A stretch of DNA of 64,000 nucleotides from a virus. Lineage: Duplodnaviria > Caudoviricetes. Positions 58,910-64,000 of the stretch are shown here, piece by piece; position 1 is the first letter of the stretch, and each line of letters begins with the position of its first letter. The notes beneath the pieces are model-generated. The model worked only from the letters and a program-made list of their open reading frames with translations. It did no database searches and had not been told where the DNA came from. A program made the translations under genes and the position numbers. The DNA lies in the IMG/VR virus record IMGVR_UViG_3300046642_000423, positions 1,031-65,030 of that record. The stretch is one strand, 5' to 3'.

Positions 58910-58931
58910 ACATCATCGATAGGAGACTCGA

Positions 58932-58988
58932 GTGAAAATCAGCAAGAAGGCGGAAATGAAAAAGGGCGGTAAAAAGGGCGGCAAATAA
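58932..58988 (+). CDS. 18-aa Lys/Gly micro-peptide
   Basis: AGGAG SD + GTG; MKISKKAEMKKGGKKGGK. Confidence 0.5.
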   Translation: MKISKKAEMKKGGKKGGK

Positions 58989-59041
58989 CTAAGGGGGACG
59001 GTTGAATTTATCCCGTCCCACACTCTCGAAGAGGTGATTCG

Positions 59042-59191
59042 ATGGCTTACGGCAAGTCCAGCAGCAAGGTTCAGAACATGGCGAAGATTGGCGGCAGCTC
59101 GAAGAAACTCTCGCTCAAGACCGATATGGGTGCAGGTATGGCTGGCTCCATTAAAAAGGGCGCGAAGTCCGGCCCGCACAAAAAGGTTTAA
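59042..59191 (+). CDS. 49-aa Lys/Gly/Ser-rich peptide
   Basis: GAGGTG SD; MAYGKSSSKVQNMAKIGGSSKK...; TAATG coupling with the next gene. Confidence 0.6.
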   Translation: MAYGKSSSKVQNMAKIGGSSKKLSLKTDMGAGMAGSIKKGAKSGPHKKV

Positions 59192-59484
59192 TGGCATCTG
59201 GCGCCATTCCGGCCATGCCTAGTCCTGGTGGAGACGTTCCACCGCCGCAGGGTGGACCGACTCAGCCCGTACAGGTGGCACCAGCTCCTGCGACTCCATC
59301 GACGGGGCAGATAAAGACGGTTCTGTTAATCAAAGCAGTACAGGCTCTACGCATGCTATCCAAAGAGGCGCCTGAGATATCGCAAGACATTATGGAAATA
59401 CTCAACAGGTTACAAAAAGCGTCTGGTGCAATGCAGGAAGCATCCACTCCCGGTGAGCCGCAAGCTCCGCCGTCAGCTGGATAG
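59191..59484 (+). CDS. Hypothetical head-module protein
   Basis: Pro-rich ends with a helical core. Confidence 0.6.
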   Translation: MASGAIPAMPSPGGDVPPPQGGPTQPVQVAPAPATPSTGQIKTVLLIKAVQALRMLSKEAPEISQDIMEILNRLQKASGAMQEASTPGEPQAPPSAG

Positions 59485-59532
59485 TGAAAGGCGACTAAAA
59501 GAAACTCCACCATCCATGGAGGAAAGTGAACA

Positions 59533-60378
59533 ATGACATACGCAGAACATCTCAAAACTCTAGGCGCAACGCAGGAAGACATCACTCTCCTCGACACGCC
59601 TCTTGCACGCAAGGCCTTCGATAAGCAGCAAGCTGAACTCACCGCCGCCACTGAGCGAGTCGCCGCAGCCGACAAAGCCCGCACCGACGACCGCGCGACC
59701 TACGAGAAATGGCGCGACGAACAAGTCCTCCCCGAGTACGCCAAAATGCAGAACGAACTCATCGCCGAGAAGGGTGAGCGCGCCAAGGCCGAGGCCGCGA
59801 TTCGCAAGATGCAGGAACTGGGATTGATCGATGTGGCGAAAACGATGGGCTACGCGCCAGCTGAACCAGAAAAGAAGACTGGCCTGCCCGAAGGATTCGA
59901 TCCAACCAAGTACGTCACAATGGATCAGGTCACACAGATCGCTCAATCAGAAGGCGATGCCATCGCACTCGCGCAGGACATTGCCGCTGAACATTCCGCA
60001 TTGTTCCCCGACAAGAAACTCAACTTCCGTGCTCTCCGCGCCGAGGCTCAGGCCGCTCGTCAACCTGTAGAAGCCTATTGGAAGAACAAATATGGCGTGG
60101 ATGCCGCGCGCGCTGCGCGTGAATCGGCGGATAAGGCTGCTTATGAGAAGCGCCTGATGGAACAAGGTGCGAAGGAAGAACGCGAGCGTCTGGCTACGAC
60201 CTACGGCAATCCCGATTTGCGCCCCTTGGCACCCTCGACCTCACCTTTCACCAAGCGTCCCGAGGCAGGCCGCGAAGCGCAACCGTGGGAAGTGGGCGAC
60301 CGCTCGAACGAGCGCGTACAACGCGCCACCAAGACAATTTTAGATATGCAGTCAGGACAAGGCGGGCGAGCGAACTAG
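59533..60378 (+). CDS. Putative scaffolding protein
   Basis: Charged helical protein directly before the capsid gene. Confidence 0.65.
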   Translation: MTYAEHLKTLGATQEDITLLDTPLARKAFDKQQAELTAATERVAAADKARTDDRATYEKWRDEQVLPEYAKMQNELIAEKGERAKAEAAIRKMQELGLIDVAKTMGYAPAEPEKKTGLPEGFDPTKYVTMDQVTQIAQSEGDAIALAQDIAAEHSALFPDKKLNFRALRAEAQAARQPVEAYWKNKYGVDAARAARESADKAAYEKRLMEQGAKEERERLATTYGNPDLRPLAPSTSPFTKRPEAGREAQPWEVGDRSNERVQRATKTILDMQSGQGGRAN

Positions 60379-60401
60379 CTCAACGATAAAGGAGAATAAC
60401 T

Positions 60402-61661
60402 GTGGCTGACAAATTTGGATATCCTGTCCGTCGAATCAGTACTCGCGTCGTCATCGACATGGAGTCGATGCAAGTTGTCGAGCGCGATTCGTACGACTAT
60501 TCAGGGCCGATGGCGCTCGCCGCGGACCCGACTTTCGACCAGATCAGCGCCACGACTCTCGCAGATTTGCGCGACGACATCCTCTACGATAACTTCTTCG
60601 TAGACACTGCTTGGTTGCGCAAGCTCCGCGTTTCCGGTGCACTCGATGAGTTCCTCGGCGGCACGCTCATGCAAACGCCATTCCAGTATGACCGCGTGAA
60701 CGGCGGCGCGATCGCTCCCGGCTCTGACGTGACGGTCATGCAGAAGCAGATCCTTGCGGCGACGGCATTCGTTCCCAAGGAATACGTCGAGCAAGTTCCC
60801 TTGAACCTGTTCCAGACGAATGTCGTCCAAGGATCCGGTCCCGCGGTCAAAGTGAAGATTGTCGATGCCTACATGTCCAACGCCGTTCAGGCGCTCAACA
60901 CCGACATCGCCATCGACTTCTATCGCCACGGTCAATCGATCTCTGGCAGCAACCGCATAATCTACATCAACGGAATCTCCGAGGCGCTCAACGATGGTGT
61001 CAATCCCTCCTGGGATGGCAACGTATTCACGACCTACGGTGGCCAGTCGCGCAACGGAGTGGTTGGCAACACGCTGAACTCAGTTCCGACATGGGTAGGC
61101 GACCAGGCCGGCAACACAGGTCAGATCACCTACAAGCAGATCGTCGAAGCATATCTCAACTGCGTGCAGCGCCCTGACATTGGCCTGTGCAACAAAGCTC
61201 TCTACGCCTATCTACTCGAGCGCCAGGAACCGAAACAGCGTTTTGAGATGCAGCAGGACGTATCGATCGGCATGAGCGGCCTCAAGGTACTCGACGGCAT
61301 GATCTTCGAGGACAAGCTGGCTCCTTCGACCAAGTACGGGACGATCCTCCCGTCCGGCCTGTCGCAGACGACTTCGATCAAGCCATCCACCTTCACCACG
61401 CCAACTCTCTCGGCAACCCAGTCGGCCATCTCGAACTTCCCATCCGTGACCTCTTGCAAGCCTGGTGAACCGTTCTTCTGGCTGCGCGCCAAGGGTTGGA
61501 AGCTGCGCCCCTCGGCCGACCCAGAATACAATTTCAACTTCACGCCGCCGATCCGTTCGCAAACCAACGCGGATTTGATCGTCATGTTCCTCAAGGCGGC
61601 CTTGAATGCATACACGACCTCGCCGCGTGACAACTGGCAGTTGATCGGCGCCGGCTTCTAG
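60402..61661 (+). CDS. Major capsid protein
   Basis: Strong SD; TTLADLRDDILYDNFF...FLGGTLMQTPFQY pattern of HK97-fold capsids; consistent synteny. Confidence 0.8.
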   Translation: MADKFGYPVRRISTRVVIDMESMQVVERDSYDYSGPMALAADPTFDQISATTLADLRDDILYDNFFVDTAWLRKLRVSGALDEFLGGTLMQTPFQYDRVNGGAIAPGSDVTVMQKQILAATAFVPKEYVEQVPLNLFQTNVVQGSGPAVKVKIVDAYMSNAVQALNTDIAIDFYRHGQSISGSNRIIYINGISEALNDGVNPSWDGNVFTTYGGQSRNGVVGNTLNSVPTWVGDQAGNTGQITYKQIVEAYLNCVQRPDIGLCNKALYAYLLERQEPKQRFEMQQDVSIGMSGLKVLDGMIFEDKLAPSTKYGTILPSGLSQTTSIKPSTFTTPTLSATQSAISNFPSVTSCKPGEPFFWLRAKGWKLRPSADPEYNFNFTPPIRSQTNADLIVMFLKAALNAYTTSPRDNWQLIGAGF

Positions 61662-61707
61662 TCAGGGTACAAACGATATTCGATTCTAAGTAAAGGAGAA
61701 CTTAAAT

Positions 61708-62349
61708 ATGGCCGGCGGAATGCTCACAAAGCAGTGCGATGCTCTCACCGCGAAATACCTGAACGATGTGAACGACGCGACAGCCGGCGGAGTAGTTGTC
61801 TCCGTACCCTCTGGCGCGCCTGCGGTCAACTATTCAGCGACGCAGCCTGGGGATCGTATCGTCCTTGACGATGCGACCGCGCTCGCTCTCTCCGACACCG
61901 TCATTGGCACGCTCTATGGCGGCGTCTACATGTACGTTGGGTTCACCACGACCACGCAAGCTGCGGTCAAGGGCCGCATTGCGTTCTGGACAGCCACGAA
62001 CCTCGGCAACGGGACCTACACCGTCACTGGCGATGCGCAGCCATCCACCGCCGTGCCCACCTATATCGCGGGAATTCTCATCAACGTCATCACCTCCACC
62101 AACTTTGGTTGGATCCAGGTGGCAGGCATCGCGACTGTCTCATTCGACTCCGGTACTCTGACCGCCATCGCGGCTGGCAACTGGGTAACTGCAAAGGTTA
62201 GCGCGACCCTGGCATCGTCCGCCGACGTAGGTGCTGCGGCTGGCGTCGTCACTCTCGCCGCGCAACTCGGCGTTGCAATCGCCGCACCCGTATCGAACAC
62301 AGCATCGACCGTCATCCTGACTCGCGGCAACTTCATGGGCCGTATCTAA
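61708..62349 (+). CDS. Putative capsid decoration/cement protein
   Basis: GGVYMYV...FGWIQVAG motif; follows the capsid gene. Confidence 0.6.
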   Translation: MAGGMLTKQCDALTAKYLNDVNDATAGGVVVSVPSGAPAVNYSATQPGDRIVLDDATALALSDTVIGTLYGGVYMYVGFTTTTQAAVKGRIAFWTATNLGNGTYTVTGDAQPSTAVPTYIAGILINVITSTNFGWIQVAGIATVSFDSGTLTAIAAGNWVTAKVSATLASSADVGAAAGVVTLAAQLGVAIAAPVSNTASTVILTRGNFMGRI

Positions 62350-62361
62350 GGGGAGGATTAA

Positions 62362-62748
62362 ATGGCATTTACTGCGGGCAATCAGCCTCTGGCTGGATAT
62401 CCCCAGCCAGTCGGCGCGAAGATCGAAAAGGTATTCGATCACACAGGTCCTTCCTCCTATACGCAGTTCGCTACGCCGACCACCGGAGGCGACGTTATCA
62501 ACGCTTCCGACCTAGGCATTGGCGGCATTGAATCGATGGCTCCTGTGGTAGACACGACCGGCAAGGTGATAGCCTATCCGGTGTTCAATTATGGCGGCTA
62601 CGGGAATGCGGTACCATCGGTGGCCATTCAATACTGGTCGCTCGTCACCGCATCGCTCTATGGCCAGTCACAAGTCCTCGGCACGCAAGTCGTTGCGGCC
62701 TCCGACCTGTCCGGCCTGAGCTTCCGTTTCCGCGCACTGTGCGTCTAG
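62362..62748 (+). CDS. Putative minor capsid protein
   Basis: TGPSSY..TGGD...AASDLSGLSFR pattern. Confidence 0.55.
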   Translation: MAFTAGNQPLAGYPQPVGAKIEKVFDHTGPSSYTQFATPTTGGDVINASDLGIGGIESMAPVVDTTGKVIAYPVFNYGGYGNAVPSVAIQYWSLVTASLYGQSQVLGTQVVAASDLSGLSFRFRALCV

Positions 62749-62752
62749 TCCG

Positions 62753-62950
62753 ATGGCGAGCAGCACATTGAAATCGCCATTCTCGACCAAGCCTAACAGT
62801 CATTTCGATACAGGAACCGTCACGCCACCGCTAAACGGTCCCAAACTATCGTCTAAATTATCCACCAAGATTCCAGCAAATAACTCTCATTTCGCTCGAC
62901 CGCGGCGTAAACTGATGCCCAAGCCGCGTATGCCGAAGCGAGCGTTTTAA
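62753..62950 (+). CDS. Small basic protein
   Basis: K/R/P-rich with a repeated STKxxxNSHF-like motif. Confidence 0.5.
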   Translation: MASSTLKSPFSTKPNSHFDTGTVTPPLNGPKLSSKLSTKIPANNSHFARPRRKLMPKPRMPKRAF

Positions 62951-62969
62951 TCGGAGCCGGGGGTGCATC

Positions 62970-63971
62970 ATCTCACTCATAACCATGCAGTCCGAGCTTC
63001 GAGGAACCGTTCCTAAGCTCCCCTGGTCCTATACTCTCACTCTCATCAATCGTGCATGGCGGGAGGTTCGCGAGAAGAATCTCTGGTCGTTCAATCTAAT
63101 CGACTGGGCATGGATATCGCCTCAGATTGTCACCTCCGGTACAGCTAATCTGACTCAAGGCAGCGCATCCCTCACCTTCGATGCGACCGCGATCGCTGCA
63201 CTCAACGCATCGCAAGTTTCCTATCCGACCTCGCTCATCACACAACGCCAACTACGTGGCTCAGCCGCCGCCGGCATCTATAACATCATCGCGTACAATC
63301 CCATCACCGGCGCAGCAACGCTCGATCGCATCTACGCCGATCCCGGCAGCACTACTTCTACCTTCCAGGTCTACCAGGTCTATTACACCGCGCCTGTACG
63401 CGACTTTATGACACTTAAGACAGCGCGCAACATGTCCATGTACCTCGATATGATCGTTACGCGAGGCCGCGAGTGGGTAGATTCTCAAGATCCGCAGCGC
63501 TCGTGGTATCAGTTCCCTACCCATGTGGTTGCCTATAAGACTGACACGCGCGGCGCCGGGACCGTCAATCAATCCGCCACACTTGGCTATGCGATGTTTG
63601 AGCTCTGGGGCCAGCCAGTCTCACCATTTGTCTATCAATGTTATGGTTTGCGGCGTGGTGTGGATATGACCGATCCGAACGATACGCTTCCGTACTCCAT
63701 CAGCGAAGAATTGGTCCTCGCTAAAGCGCGCATGTTCGCCTACGAGTGGGCAGAAGGAAACAAGGACATGGCTCCACGCGCCGCCGGACCTGATTTCAAG
63801 TTCCTAATGGCCAAGGCTGCCGACGATTTTACGAAATATCTCATTCGTGATCGCAAGAACGACAAGGAGTTTGTCGATAATTGGTTTAGTATACGCGAGC
63901 CAATGCTAGGAACGACCGGTTTCAGCTACTACAACACGCTTGCTGGAGTCGCAGGACCTTATGGCGGATAA
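62970..63971 (+). CDS. Putative head-tail adaptor protein (possible ATC start at 62970; first ATG at 62985)
   Basis: LINRAWREVREKNLWSF adaptor-like motif. Confidence 0.55.
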   Translation: MSLITMQSELRGTVPKLPWSYTLTLINRAWREVREKNLWSFNLIDWAWISPQIVTSGTANLTQGSASLTFDATAIAALNASQVSYPTSLITQRQLRGSAAAGIYNIIAYNPITGAATLDRIYADPGSTTSTFQVYQVYYTAPVRDFMTLKTARNMSMYLDMIVTRGREWVDSQDPQRSWYQFPTHVVAYKTDTRGAGTVNQSATLGYAMFELWGQPVSPFVYQCYGLRRGVDMTDPNDTLPYSISEELVLAKARMFAYEWAEGNKDMAPRAAGPDFKFLMAKAADDFTKYLIRDRKNDKEFVDNWFSIREPMLGTTGFSYYNTLAGVAGPYGG

Positions 63972-64000
63972 CGAACTCACTTTCCAACGCATGGAATTTG
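63961..64000 (+). CDS. Start of next gene (truncated by window)
   Basis: AGGA SD + ATG; MADNELTFQRMEF is open to the window end. Confidence 0.5.
   Translation, partial: MADNELTFQRMEF

Larger units (their letters stand above)
1..64000. mobile_element. Tailed dsDNA phage genome (podovirus-like), near-complete, permuted
   Basis: Contains TerL, portal, scaffold, capsid, ejection-like proteins, endolysin, and RecT/exonuclease/RusA. No tape-measure or sheath gene and no host housekeeping genes. Genes are densely packed with stop/start overlaps. Confidence 0.95.

Noticed and set aside
1-64000. Stop-codon reassignment
   Set aside because: Genes are intact in the standard code, and TAA, TAG and TGA all end coupled genes.
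1-64000. Prophage with host flanks
   Set aside because: No integrase, att site or host genes; the two window ends look like adjacent parts of one structural operon. The unseen portion cannot be assessed.

Overview
This window is most of a tailed dsDNA bacteriophage genome with a podovirus-like layout. It is opened inside the virion module: it begins mid-gene in a GT9-like glycosyltransferase and ends at the start of a new gene, so a piece probably lies outside the window. The + strand late arm runs from 43.9 to 64 kb (putative TerS, TerL, collagen/fibre genes, methyltransferase and GT2, portal, scaffold, major capsid, adaptor). It continues from 1 to 26 kb (glycosyl/methyltransferases, fibres, nozzle-like protein, ejection proteins, lysis cassette with M15 endolysin). 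The - strand arm (26-37.6 kb and 39.4-43.4 kb) carries recombination, DNA-modification and small early genes, with a + strand AAA_25 helicase and a candidate origin between the two parts. No integrase, DNA polymerase, primase, tRNA or CRISPR array was recognised. An Acidobacteriota-like diderm host is inferred, not shown, from the PEP-CTERM gene and secreted-protein motifs. Most notable observations: (1) fibre/spike-type proteins carrying Sec signal peptides and paired cysteines; (2) an 81-aa Tat-signal protein whose C-terminal half is a diverged copy of the phage's own capsid N-terminus; (3) two glycosyltransferase/methyltransferase clusters inside the structural genes; (4) a PEP-CTERM gene coupled to an Acb2/Tad1-like gene; (5) an apparently dead Cas4/RecB-like nuclease after the ejection genes; (6) accessory genes bracketed by duplicated gene-junction sequences; (7) probable ATC start codons. 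All family calls come from motif recognition by eye; no searches were run.
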